From Thalia democratica (Eukaryota): 64,000 nt of DNA. Shown one piece after another: positions 12,601 through 23,247 of this stretch. Position 1 is the stretch's first letter; every line of letters starts with the position of its first letter. The notes under the pieces were generated by a model. That model searched no databases and was not told the origin of the DNA. It saw only the letters and a program-made list of their open reading frames with translations. A program made the translations under genes and the position numbers. Location: the NCBI GenBank assembly GCA_965202585.1, contig OZ241831.1, forward strand, positions 12,462,001 to 12,526,000, written 5' to 3'.

Positions 12601-15600
12601 TCGAGGCCATCGAGCTGCAAGCAAAGAAAAGCGCGGGGCTCGGGTTCAAACCCAAAACCTTACCCTACCCGGTCATCAACGTGAACATCAAGTGGACTTT
12701 CTCCTCGGTGCTCGCCAGCGACAGGGTTTGCGGTTTTCCGTTCGCCAGATACCTCGTCAGGACAAGCCAGGAATCGCCAGGCGTCAAAAGCAACTTGGCG
12801 CTATCGGCGTTGGACTTGTGGCGGGAAATCGAAAAGCTTCGGACGACGCTCGCCAGGAAGGAGTTGTGCGAAATCGGCGAAGTGGTTTGTGGCTTTGAAA
12901 TCAATACTTTAAATACTATTGTCAATGCGGGTGCTAAAAATTAAAAACTGAGAGTAAAAAAAAAAAGAAAATAAATTTGATTATGATGTTATTTGTTATT
13001 AATTTTTGTTTTCTTTTTAGAATCGTTGATTCGCTTTATTTCTGTTATTTAAGGACAGAGTTCTATTAAAACAAATTGTTTTTTTTTTAACTCGTAAAAA
13101 CAAACAAAGCAAAACTATAATTTTGTATACAAACTATAGTTAAAGTTTGTTTAACTATTTTAGACAAATAAAATAAGGAAAAAATTGGTTATTTTCAAAA
13201 ATACGAAACTCAAGATATTTTTCGTGATAGCTGACATAATAAATAGAACTGAGTATCCTTTTCCAATGAGGCTAACTTTGATGAAAACAAAACTTGAGCA
13301 GGTCAGTTCTATTTTGATTACGTTTCTACGCAGTATTAATTACTTGCTTATAGCCTTGTAAACATGTTTAAATTTAAGTTCCATGTACGCTACTTTTAAG
13401 GTCATTCAACCTTTCTGGATCAAGTTCGCGACGTCTGAACAGGAAGCTTTCAAAAACGCTGTAAGTGCAAGTTGTTGAAAATTTTCAAAACAGTAAAGTA
13501 AATCTTGGTACTTTCAGGTGATAAGGGCGGCAAGAACCGGCATGCAAATGGCTTATGGGTCAAGCCACTTGGTGGTTAATCACTGGAAGCTGCCCAAAAT
13601 AATCAACGAAAGAGGTGACGTGGGACATATCGAAATTGTTAGTTTGTTAATTTCTTTTTTATATATGTCGTGTTACAGGTAAATCTTTCACTTATGTAGA
13701 AAAAAAACCACACTATCTTAACTTAGAATCTAAAATGTTCAATTTTTATTTCAGACTAAGTTAAATGATATGATTCGTTTTTTAAAACTAGTTAATAAAC
13801 TTTATTAACAGGTTTTTTATGAATATCAATTAAAAAAACACATAAGTATTTTTGAAACTAAACTAACTTGTTCACACGTCTTTAGTTTTTCCACAAGTAG
13901 TTTATTTCTACTTCTTACAACATTTAAAAAATAATTTTTCGACTATATTAATTGTTTTTTTTTTATATAAAATGTTATACAAAAACATCAGAATCAATGT
14001 TTTAATAAAAAAAAGGTTATAATACTTTATTGATTTAACAACTCTAGTCAAGTTTTTTTTCTTTTACACAAAATACACCATTCAATGAATTTTACTCACA
14101 ATAGGCTAAAGTTATAGACTACCGCAAAACAAAATTTTATCAGAATACTTTTTTATAGTGTCAAAGTCAAATAGTTAAACATTTTTATACCAAAAAACAG
14201 TTTTTTTCTTTTAACTCCTTTAACCTTTCATTGTAAAGCCGACACAACCTGATTCGAACAAAGAGGACTTGTCTTCGGTGTGCAGTTTGTTCCGCGTCAC
14301 CGACGAGGACGACATGAAGTTTCGCGCCGGGCGCGCCTTCTGCCTCGCCATGAGCTCGTGCGGTGGCCACGCGGTGGCGCAAGACGACTCGTGCGACCTG
14401 AACTACTTCGACGCGATCAGCAGCGACGAGGACGGCAGCGTTCCGCCCGCCCCCAAGCGACAGTACGGCGCAAGTGAGATTTGTATTTTTAAACGAGCAA
14501 GTTGGTGCTAGGTGGCGTAGTAAAGCGGAATGAATTGATAATTGCGTGAACAAACAGAGAAATAAGTATTCGATTTTACTTTTTACTTAATATCATAAAA
14601 TCAACTATCAAGTAGTCTTAAAATATCATACTTGCAGTAATACTTCTAATAAAATTAGTTTTCCGAAAGCCATGCAAACTTTGAAAATTTTATACATTTC
14701 TAAACTACACAAATTGAATATATTTCAATCAAACAGAACAAAAATTAACTCCTAGCGAGATTGCGAAGTTTAGTGCAAAACAGTATCCGCTGGACGGGGT
14801 AAGAGAAAACGGTGATGAGACCATGTTAGTTAGAGCAACTTGAAAAAATGTTTCTTTTTTATGTAGTAAATTTTGTTTCAGTGCTTGGGTCTACAACAAA
14901 AAGATGTCGCGCTACGTGCCGGCTCATTACAACTTGCAAGCACGATACACAAATCGCCAGAGTAAAAATAATATTCCCAACGGTACAGAACAAGTCCCAA
15001 GGTGCATCGTTTTTATAGTACATAGTATCATATGTAACTGGTATAGTATAGAGTTTGAAAAAATGTACTCGATTTACATTATTTAAACTGAAAAAATGTT
15101 TACAACAGAAACTTTCAAGAAGTTTTGCAAGACCCACTTCAGTTTGAAAAGTTGAGAAAGTACTTGAAATCGTTGAACGCCGACTCTCCCATTCAGTTTC
15201 TCATGGAAATACAAAAGCTGTCGACCGCGAACGGCAATAATGCAAAAATTAGAATCATGAAAAATATAAGGAAAAAGTTTTTGAATAGCAACGTTGATGC
15301 TAGTTGGTTACTTGCTTGTGTGGCAGTTTTTGGCTAGTTATAAGTTAATCAGTTTTTCGATCAAATCTAAAGACTGTAATTTTAAATAGTATTTTGTTTA
15401 GTTTTTTTTACTTGGTTTACTTCGTTTTCTTAGTAAATTTTTACCTTTCAACATATACAACTCAAAAGTAAAACAATCAAAAAGTTTTTATTTAAAGTTA
15501 ATAAAATATTTGTAATAACTACAATAACTGAAACACTATAATTTTATACAGTAATCCCCATTGAATTTGTCTTAATTAACTTTTATATAAATTTTTAGAA

Positions 15601-18600
15601 TAGTCTAAGCATGCTTTTAAATATTTGCTGTATTATTATTCTTAATTAGAACAAACAAAAATAAACAAAGTAAATCTATAATATTTCCTGTTACTCTTTT
15701 TAACTACTTTTTTATGTCTGTTTAAGAAATGTAAAGTAGTAACTTTAAAAGTGAGTTTTAAACAAAACATTAAGTCTTGTAGATTTTATAGTAGTTATAG
15801 CTTAAAGAATATTTTATAGTTGTTTTGATTTTTGATGTTTAAAGCAATCTCCTTGAATGATAAAAGTATAAGCTTACCTAGTCTAAAAAGTTTTAACTTG
15901 ATATTAAAGTAAAAAACTAATTGATCAGATGAACTACTTCAGTGCGACAATATATTGGTAACAAAACTACAAAGACACAAATATGTAAGTCCTAGACTAT
16001 TGAGCAAACTTTCTAATTGTGTGGAGAGATGTTTAGAAAAGAATTGGTTAGATTGTTTATCTAATAAAGACTGCAAAAATAAAACTGCGTCTTTGCATAA
16101 AATAATTAGTTTTTTTTCTAGCTAAAAACATATTTTAGCATTACTTAAATTTATCACAAGTGGATCAATACTTAAAATGGGTAAGGTTGAAAAGTTTATA
16201 TATTTTTAGAAAAGTATAGAAAGTTGTTATCATTATGGCAAATACTTTTCTAGCAAATAGATATGCTGACTTTAACACAAAAACAGAAACAAAAAATATT
16301 TTGATCACGGTAACATTTAAGAATAACATTAAAAATATCAAAGTACTAATAATAAATAATAAATTTTAAGAAATAAAAGATTTCAAATTAAACGAAATTC
16401 AAAAGTTTTATGAAGTTATTAATCCATACCTAAATATTTACCTGTTTCTTTGCATATTAAACAATCTTTACTAGAATAAGCTATTACATAGTAACTGTAT
16501 ATCTACCTACATTAGTTTAACATTTATTTCTTAATTAGCTCTTTTTATTATTTTTCTCATGACTATTTAAGTAACGAAAAAAACCTAAATTAGTATAATC
16601 GTTAAAAGAAAAGCTAATAAGTGCTAAGTGCTTCAAAACTTTATTGAATAAAAATTCTGTAAAAGAATAACAAAAAGATGGTTCAAATACTATGATCCGT
16701 GTCAGTATTTTCGTAGATGTTAAGTTTATTTATGGATATCTATTATATAATGTCTTAATTTTATGATTTCAGTCATAATATCATCAGTATGTTATCCAAA
16801 TAACTTTTTTTTTGTATTTTCAGTAGTTTTACAATTAAAGTTTCTTAACGACCTGTAAACCACCAAGGTCAAATAAAATAAACCTAAACCTTACAGGGCC
16901 TCGCAGTACATGTCAACCATGTATGAGTCTCAATTTCAAAATCAAAGCCAGAAGAATTCTTGTGTGAGAGTCACCAATATGGTAGTCAGGCTCGTGTCGA
17001 GGAAGCATATAAAGAAAGAGGAACAGGAAGAGGCAGCAGCAGACTCAAAACAAGCAATAGTAAACTACGCTGATCCAATTCGTGCCATTGTTAAACCACG
17101 CAAGTCTAAAAGAGTTAGTTTTTTAATAAAACAAAGCACGTAGAAAATTGAAAACGGTGCTTTCAAAACCACCTTTAAGCGTGTCGTGTAGTTTATCGGT
17201 TACCTTCGTTTTAACTAAAGTGTAGTAAATACGTTTTGTATGAATAATTCTGTTTTATCATAGTTTATATTGTTTAAAGAGTCAAAGGTTCGTATTTCGT
17301 TGAAAGTTTGAGCCTGTTGTTAATTTAAACGTGTTTGTTTAAAATGTACTCCAAAATGTATCTTTAAATCAAACACAAGTAATTCTAATTTTTTTTCGTG
17401 CAAAATTAATTTTATGACATATTAATACCGGGTTCGGTAGCTTTTGTAAGGTGCTAACTTTCGTAAAAAAGTTGCTTTACGGGCCGCTCTGTATAGAAAA
17501 AATTCATCCACAGGCCTCTGTTATTTTAAATAATAAATACTAGTTAAACCTAAATTTTTATACAGTATGCAATAACACAGCAATATTAGCTGCTATTTGT
17601 TAAATTAAGATCCTAGTTGAAAGTTCTAACCAGAAAAAAATACTTGATTTATCTTTTTTTAAGTCGACGGTCATAGTGTATTGTACAACCACACTAAAAC
17701 CCATAATTGAGTTTAAACTTAACTTATACTAAAAGCTGATACTAATAATACTCAGCGCTACTCTATATAAAACTAGGCATGACATGAATGAACATTTGTA
17801 TTGAAGAACAAATGCAAACACTAACAAATACATAAAGAACATCATACTTTAAATGTGGTCAAAACTTTTACACAAGAATCAATCTAACAGGAAAATACTC
17901 TAAGAATATATAAAATAAAATAAGATTTAACTACTTAGGATTTAAATAAAAATTAATACAAAAAGCAACATTGCTAAAAAAGAGCTTTAAATAACACAAA
18001 AAAAAAAACAATATAAACGTCTATTCTGGAATAACATGTTTACTGAAGCGGGATGTAGCTAGAATGCCCCACCACTCTCTGTGGCTGGTTTATATATCAA
18101 TGTTCTTAACTGTATTCAACATTACATTATGAATTTCTTATCTGCTCATTATTTTCTCCTTCTCTTAACTGATCTAAAATTAATTAGTGTTTTCATGCGT
18201 TATACTCTGGGGTTTTCCCTTTAACACAAAACGGTCATAAATACAATTTGATGTACCGTTACAAGGTTTAAAAATTTCAAGGTGTAGAGTTTGAGACTGA
18301 TATTTTTTAACATATAAAAATAACGATACTTTTTAGCTGTAAAGTACATCGCGGGCCGCAGTTTGCCGACCCTGGTATTAATACATAGCTTGCATTGAAA
18401 AATTATACAGTGCTTCCTCGCTAATCCGGTCCTCGCTAATCCGGTTCCTCGCTAATCCGGCCGGTTTTAGTCGACAAGTCGACTTATTTACTTTAGCGTT
18501 TTTAGCGTTTAATTTCATTTTACTTCGAAAAAGTATTCAATTTACGTTTTATAAGTATGCAAGCAATATATGGTTACGTCATAATAAAGTATCATTTGTA

Positions 18601-21600
18601 TAATCTTAATTTTTTTTTCATACTTTCCCGCTCATTTGTAACAAACTTGTTTATTATTCATTTGCAATTTTTCTGTCTTTTCTAAGCAAGTTACACTTTA
18701 ATATACTACAATCAACATATCTGGTTAAAAATGGATAAGAGGCAAAGAAACGAAAACGCGTTCAACTAACAATTAAATTGTTTATCTGGTTACTGGGGAT
18801 AACAAAAAAGAGGCTGTTGAAGTTGTTGAAGATGAAATTGGTGTTTCCCAGCCTTCTAAGTGTCCATTTTCTCATGCTGAAGCCATGCAGAAAATGGACG
18901 ATTACTTAGCTTACTATCGTTGCCAACCAGAAGCCACACCTGAAGATGTGTCAAAACTCATCCAATTTTGTGAGTTTTCTGCTAAGAAACGAGAAAGCAC
19001 TGTAAAACAATCTTCCATTCTTTCTTTTTTCAACAAAAATCTTAATTTAGTTAAAGTGTTAACAGTGTAGTTTTTTTCCATTAACTTTGAACTTATAAAA
19101 CTTTGTTTCGTTTAGTTTTGTCTGTTTTAATTCTTTTTTCTTTGAATAAAGTAAAATAAATTAATTTAACAAAAATTTTATAGTACGTTTTGTTATATAC
19201 ATTTTTAATATAACTAAGGTAGATAATTTGTAAAAAAAGCGATATTTTGTTCTTATCCGGCCAACGGCAAATCCGGCCGTATTTAAAAAAAAATCTTGCC
19301 CAACTTGGCCGGATTAGCGAGGAAGCACTGTATCTGCAAATAATAAATTTTATAAGTCTTAAAATTATCAAAACTAATCTTTCTATATAACTCTTGAATA
19401 AATGAAATGAAAAACTTGACCAAGTTTGTTGTTTTTTTATTAGCTGAAAAGCTATATCTTCTCTAAAATAGTAACATCTTTTTATCAGCTAAAACATTTT
19501 TTATTCACATAAACTATATAAAACAGGCATTACTATTGTATCAAGATTACGTCAGGAAAGTATCAAGACTGCTAAAAGAAATGAGTAAAAGAAAAAAGTA
19601 CAGGGAATTCCATACTTTTTTAGCAAACGTACATCTTACTGAGAAAAGTGATATTTTATAAATAATACTTATGTTTCTAAACTTTTTATATAATAAAAAC
19701 TACATTTAAGAAAATTTAAACACAAAATTAGTAAGTTCAAATATTAGGATAAACCATAATGTAAATTTAAGTTAGTGGCTACTAACTTTATATAATCTTT
19801 TTTTCAAAAAAATAATTAAGTATTGTATAACAACCTTTTAAAACTTATGTTTTACTAAACCAGGCTCAAAAGAAAACATATCATTAGTAGCGGTGGAAAC
19901 CGAAAGAAACAAACTATGTGGCAACAGTACGGGAAAAAAAACCTTTTTGTTAGATTCTCAAGACAGCAATAACAACTTTTTTAAGCAAGACTCAAAAAAA
20001 ACAAGCCTCGTCAACAGCCAAATCACTTTAACGCCAAAGACTGTTATGAAAAACAGAAATATTTATCTGCAGTTGCTTCCTTATGACCTAGACTTGTTTC
20101 TAGAATGCGTCAAGTCCGTATATGCAAAAGAACACTTAATAAGTTTTTAATGTTTAGTGACAACTGTTTTATTCATCAAAAACATAAACTATAGCCGTTC
20201 GCTCATAATGTCCAGTCGAGGAAAATTTAGTTGATTATTTTTCAGGTTTTTGCAAATATACGACAACATGCTGTTCATCTACCGCTCCGGCAGCTTCAAC
20301 AGGCAAGACGCGGAGGACGTCCACTACAAAGTGAGGATGATCACCAAATGCTACTTCAGGTCAAACGTGCCTCCCAAGCAAAGGGTATGTGCCAGTGTAA
20401 ATGTACAATGTCGTTATTTTTTGACACAGCAAGACTGTTACTAAGAAATTAGACTCTGTTTTTTATAACATTTTCATAGACCATAAATATTAAGAAACAT
20501 AAGCACGCAGATTGTAGTTTTAAGTTTTTTAGCTGAGTCAGCTGTAACATCTTCGACCATCAATAATTAACGTTTTCTAATATGGGTTAAGTGTTTTCTT
20601 GTCTTTAACTAAAAGCTATTTTACAAAAAAACAGTGAAAAATTGTTTTTTTAAGGTCAACGTTCCGCCAGAGACTTGCAATGCCATAAACGCTCAAATAC
20701 AGTCGACAAAGTACGGCAGGGATGTTATGTACAAGGCGATAAAGTATCTGCTACCAATCATGGTAATGTATTGGGAAAAGTAAGATGAATCAGTTTTTTT
20801 TCTGGTCAAATGTTTATTTATCAGTTTCATAAAATTTTAAGTATTTTAAATTTCTAATAACTCTTAGTTAATTTTAAAATGTTCAAGAAAATTAATGCTC
20901 ACAACAGTATTACTTTGTTTCCATATTTTACTAATAATATTTGTTCTTGATGAATATCGTTTTAGTTTTTTTTATGCTTGATTTAAAATCATGCTTTAGT
21001 TTTTCTATTTATAATTAGGTTTTAGGCTAAAATAAGAATACGAAGTAGGTATATAATTGTCTCATCAAAGTCTGACATATAAAAAATTCTTCTTTAACTA
21101 CACCATCAATTAATGAGACTATCTAAACTTAGATTAAACGATAAAAATTTCAATTTACTTGTGAAATATTTTTGGTTATGTTTCAAAAATTTTAAAACTT
21201 AATCAAGATATTGTTTCTTTCTTAAAAAGAACTTTAATTGACCAAATGTAAATGTCAAACATTACTTTCTAAGAAAACTAATCAATCGATAGCTTTCTCA
21301 TTATCCAATAAAATATTTTCTCTACTGGTTTTAGTAATGACTATCGAGAACATTAAAACACGATTCATAGAAAAATAATTATCTTAGTGCTTTTTGTTAT
21401 CAAGTGCTGACATTTTATTTTGCTATTTCAAGGTTTTGCAAAATTAAGTACAAGTACGTCAACAAAAAAGAAATGAGGAAGTTTAGAAGAGAGGAAGTTT
21501 TAGAAAGAAGAAAGTTAAGTATGCAGGAAAAACTCAAAAAATCTTTTGAATTATCGGTAAAAATGTGTAGTTATCTTTTAAGTTGTTACGTAAACAAAGA

Positions 21601-23247
21601 AAACACATCTTTATAAAGGACTATTTGTTATAAATATAACTTACATAAACTTCTAGTAAATTTGGGCTTTTATACTTAACTTCTGTATTATTTTAGATAA
21701 AAGTGAACAATATTGTTTCAGAAAAAGTTGGGCACTTTCAAAAGGCACAACAGTGCTGAAGACGCCGATTTAGAAAACGGTAGAGGTGATTGCAGCACAC
21801 CGGATTACATCAACGGTTGGGAAAATCCAAGGAAGCCGTGGAAAGAAGAAATTGGAAACAGAGGTGGTGTGGAATTTTTTAAAGCTTTCTTGTAAAACAT
21901 TAAACTATAATACATTAATCATTACCTTTTGCATCTTACCGATACTTTAGAAATTTTAATGTTTTTAAATTTAAGATTTTGATTAAGCGGTTTTATTAAA
22001 ATATTTTTTATTAGTTTGCCATTTGTAAGTGCTAAACAAAAGGTTTGTCAAAAGCTTAGAAGCTACATTAAGGTGGTTTTTACTGGTGGACGACTATTAA
22101 AGTTCCTACAATTAACATTTATCAATAAAAACCTAGTAGTTCATTACCCAAAAACTAATATATATATATTTTTAATGGTTGTAGGTCTTATTATTACCTA
22201 AAAACTTTTTTTTATTTCGCTTTTAGAAAGTTTTTTTAGATTTGGCTAAGATAAGTTTTAAAATATAGCAGTTTTTAGTGATTTCTAATATTTCCTTTTA
22301 ATTTTTGTTATTATCATATTATTACATATTAGACTTACGACCGTTCTTTTTTTCAAACATATATATACATATATATATACATATAATTTTTCCGTTGTGG
22401 CCCTTTAAACATTTTTTCAAGAATTTTAATTGTAGGAATTTGAATTGTCATGTACTTTATTTCTGTTATACTAACTTCATGCAACCTAAAATAAACCATG
22501 AAATACGCAGTACTTAAAAACTTTTAAATGCTGTTAAACACAAAACCAAATACAGAGCGGATGGGCGCAACCACGTTCAACTTCTCGATGAGCGAGGGTC
22601 TCAAGCTGATCCACATGTCTTGCGGGATACCGGGACCCACCGTTCTCAGAAACGGATCCGACAACACAAAAAGCGATCAGGTGCTTACATTGACTTTTAA
22701 CTTTACAAAGTGTTTAAATCATCCTTGTAGTTGTTGTGAGTTAGAGAAAAAAGCAAATTGATTTGCATATGTTTCTAAGCTAAAATTAGTTTTTTTATAT
22801 CAAATTTTAAATAAGCTGCTTGTACAGATAATGGTAATTAGGATTAGGATAATGTGACACTCTTTTATTTACAATTAGTACGACTTTTTTTGCAAGCAAG
22901 TATAAATTTACTTACACAATTTTGAAAAGTAAATGTAAATCATAGTTGCTACACACATGGTGTTTACCAAAAACAATAAAATAAGTGTAACGTAGGCAAT
23001 TTACTTAAGGCTTAACGCACAGCTTTTTTATGATTTTCTACTCTGAATAGTTTAAGTGTTGCTGTGCCAACTTGTTTGCCTATAGAAACTAATAATTTGA
23101 TTATTTGAAATAACTAAACATTTTTAATTTACTATGTTTATAACAAAAACTAAACTTGTATCTAAATTATGGCAGAAACTTGTTGTGTTGAAAAGGTCCA
23201 ATACCAGTAGTAAAGTCTCCATGCGTAAGGACCTAATTCTAACTTGA
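6338..23247 (+). CDS. RGS22: RGS22/RGSL1-family multi-RGS-domain protein, 26 coding exons, ~1370 aa (spliced gene span)
   Basis: Exon 1 motif NEYFRDFFNKFCCLPIFGQ...KWFLSQRYELF resembles the N-termini of RGS22 (DDFLVDYFNEFLSLPTF) and RGSL1 (DEVFADFFNTFLSLPVFGQ). Several RGS-like helices (YWLDVEQI, LDLWREIEKL, IQFLMEIQKL) and an RGS22-like C-terminus (KCYFRSNVPPKQRVNVP...YWEKFCK...VLERR) follow. GT-AG phases close at all junctions except 20142/20246. RGS22 versus RGSL1 orthology is not resolved. Confidence 0.8.
7943..8048 (+). CDS. RGS22-like exon 2
   Basis: TTTTTTAG acceptor; DPYIEKLKNKYLARVSHMRKFINFVEESTTESEII; phase 1 to 2. Not in the ORF track. Confidence 0.75.
8145..8362. mobile_element. 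Palindromic MITE with TA flanks (Tc1/mariner-type TSD) in RGS22-like intron 2
   Basis: TA-CCACAGATGTTTTTGTGTTAAAACTT...AAGTTTTAACACAAAAACATCTGTGG-TA; arms of about 95 bp, nearly perfectly complementary. Confidence 0.88.
8583..8716 (+). CDS. RGS22-like exon 3 (RGS helix)
   Basis: YWLDVEQIKQKQMLCKKLRSIQVKYF; phase 2 start fits exon 2; the in-frame donor is GTCGGT at 8717. Confidence 0.75.
8812..8954 (+). CDS. RGS22-like exon 4
   Basis: DQKMATFGYDEIVLLSDIIMKRLTSHWLKFF; donor AAG|GTACTT, phase 0. Confidence 0.75.
9745..9926 (+). CDS. RGS22-like exon 5
   Basis: GC-rich block KAAMKLDSEAK...ETHTET; phase 0 to 2. Confidence 0.8.
10819..11204 (+). CDS. RGS22-like exon 6 (acidic/charged linker)
   Basis: CCGCAG acceptor; SSNRSLESIEEEDDESEES...PDETYIK; phase 2 to 1. 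Confidence 0.8.
11917..12044 (+). CDS. RGS22-like exon 7
   Basis: TTTCAG acceptor; VKSDELKQESS...GTPPRLKK; phase 1 to 0. Confidence 0.75.
12102..12186 (+). CDS. RGS22-like exon 8
   Basis: Follows a 57-nt intron; IRSKQSSLRSSLSSNYSVGRLSEISSKS; phase 0 to 1. Confidence 0.75.
12583..12884 (+). CDS. RGS22-like exon 9 (RGS domain start)
   Basis: FSSVLASDRVCGFPFARYL...ALDLWREIEKLR. An alternative in-frame acceptor exists at 12570, and the donor position is uncertain by a few codons. Confidence 0.8.
13215..13301 (+). CDS. RGS22-like exon 10
   Basis: IFFVIADIINRTEYPFPMRLTLMKTKLEQ; donor CAG|GTCAGT; phase 0 to 0. Confidence 0.65.
13401..13460 (+). CDS. RGS22-like exon 11
   Basis: VIQPFWIKFATSEQEAFKNA; TTTTAAG acceptor and GTAAGT donor. 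Confidence 0.8.
13518..13637 (+). CDS. RGS22-like exon 12
   Basis: Follows a 57-nt intron; VIRAARTGMQ...GHIEI; donor GTTAGT. Confidence 0.78.
14239..14473 (+). CDS. RGS22-like exon 13
   Basis: Very GC-rich block PTQPDSNKEDLSSVCSL...PKRQYGA; donor GTGAGA; phase 0 to 1. Confidence 0.8.
14737..14824 (+). CDS. RGS22-like exon 14
   Basis: KQKLTPSEIAKFSAKQYPLDGVRENGDET; donor GTTAGT in phase 2 leaves a 57-nt intron. A competing GTAAGA donor at 14799 is phase 0. Confidence 0.65.
14882..15001 (+). CDS. RGS22-like exon 15
   Basis: AWVYNKKMSRYVPAHYNLQARY...GTEQVP; phase 2 to 2. Confidence 0.7.
15109..15302 (+). CDS. RGS22-like exon 16 (RGS domain)
   Basis: NFQEVLQDPLQFEKLRKYLKSLNADSPIQFLMEIQKL...IRKKFL, a clear RGS-type pattern. 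Confidence 0.85.
15929..16046 (+). CDS. RGS22-like exon 17
   Basis: ELLQCDNILVTKLQRHKYVSPRLLSKLSNCVERCLEKNW; phase 1 to 2. An internal alternative donor lies at 15985. Confidence 0.65.
16897..17113 (+). CDS. RGS22-like exon 18
   Basis: CTTACAG acceptor; ASQYMSTMYESQ...PRKSKR; donor GTTAGT, phase 0. Confidence 0.75.
17428..18375. mobile_element. Non-autonomous hAT-family element (948 bp) with 8-bp TSD
   Basis: Flanked by identical TATTAATA (17420-17427 and 18376-18383). Termini are CCGGGTTCGGTAGC and GCGGGCCGCAGTTTGCCGACCCTGG, matching hAT-type CAGGGGTCGGCAAAC ends. Confidence 0.8.
18408..19330 (+). mobile_element. Internally deleted Tigger/pogo (Tc1/mariner superfamily) element
   Basis: TA TSD and TIR CAGTGCTTCCTCGCTAATCCGG (22-bp perfect match at both ends). 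It retains a frameshifted transposase N-terminus (KKRKRVQLTIK, 18731-18780) fused to the C-terminus (SHAEAMQKMDDYLAYY...KQSSILSFF, to 19070); the HTH/DDE core is missing. Confidence 0.9.
19527..19647 (+). CDS. RGS22-like exon 19
   Basis: ALLLYQDYVRKVSRLLKEMSKRKKYREFHTFLANVHLTEK; phase 0 to 1 bridges exons 18 and 20. Confidence 0.65.
19864..20142 (+). CDS. RGS22-like exon 20 (3' boundary uncertain)
   Basis: Open frame ending LFLECVKSVYAKEHLI, resembling the RGS FREFLKSEFSEENL consensus. The donor at 20143 is phase 1 but the next exon needs phase 2. Confidence 0.6.
20246..20384 (+). CDS. RGS22-like exon 21
   Basis: FLQIYDNML...ITKCYFRSNVPPKQR, similar to RGS22 INCFINSSIPPALQ; donor GTATGT. 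Confidence 0.82.
20655..20779 (+). CDS. RGS22-like exon 22
   Basis: VNVPPETCNAINAQIQSTKYGRDVMYKAIKYLLPIMVMYWE; donor GTAAGA, phase 2. Confidence 0.8.
21433..21556 (+). CDS. RGS22-like exon 23
   Basis: FCKIKYK...EEVLERRKLSMQEKLKKSFELS, similar to RGS22 FCEFRK...VLERR. Confidence 0.78.
21722..21863 (+). CDS. RGS22-like exon 24
   Basis: GTTTCAG acceptor; KKLGTFKRHNSAED...EEIGNR; phase 0 to 1. Confidence 0.7.
22556..22680 (+). CDS. RGS22-like exon 25
   Basis: GC-rich block ERMGATTFNFSMSEGLKLIHMSCG...KSDQ; phase 1 to 0. Confidence 0.75.
23176..23247 (+). CDS. RGS22-like candidate terminal exon 26
   Basis: GGCAG acceptor; phase 0 KLVVLKRSNTSSKVSMRKDLILT-stop. No homology support. Confidence 0.5.
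   Translation, partial: KLVVLKRSNTSSKVSMRKDLILT

Noticed and set aside
13020-13070. Possible extra RGS exon after a strong TTTCTTTTAG acceptor (IVDSLYFCYLRT)
   Set aside because: No donor/acceptor phase combination joins it to both neighbours without a stop; exons 9 and 10 already join in phase 0.
9715-14553. Minus-strand ORFs 9715-9915, 10960-11166, 12665-12925 and 14185-14553
   Set aside because: Antisense shadows of GC-rich RGS22-like exons.
18885-19070. ORF MQKMDDYLAYY... as a host gene or RGS exon
   Set aside because: It lies between the Tigger TIRs and is the transposase C-terminal remnant.
12692-20452. Plus-strand ORFs 12692-12898, 14280-14477 and 20231-20452
   Set aside because: Alternative frames overlapping exons whose other frame carries the RGS-family motifs.
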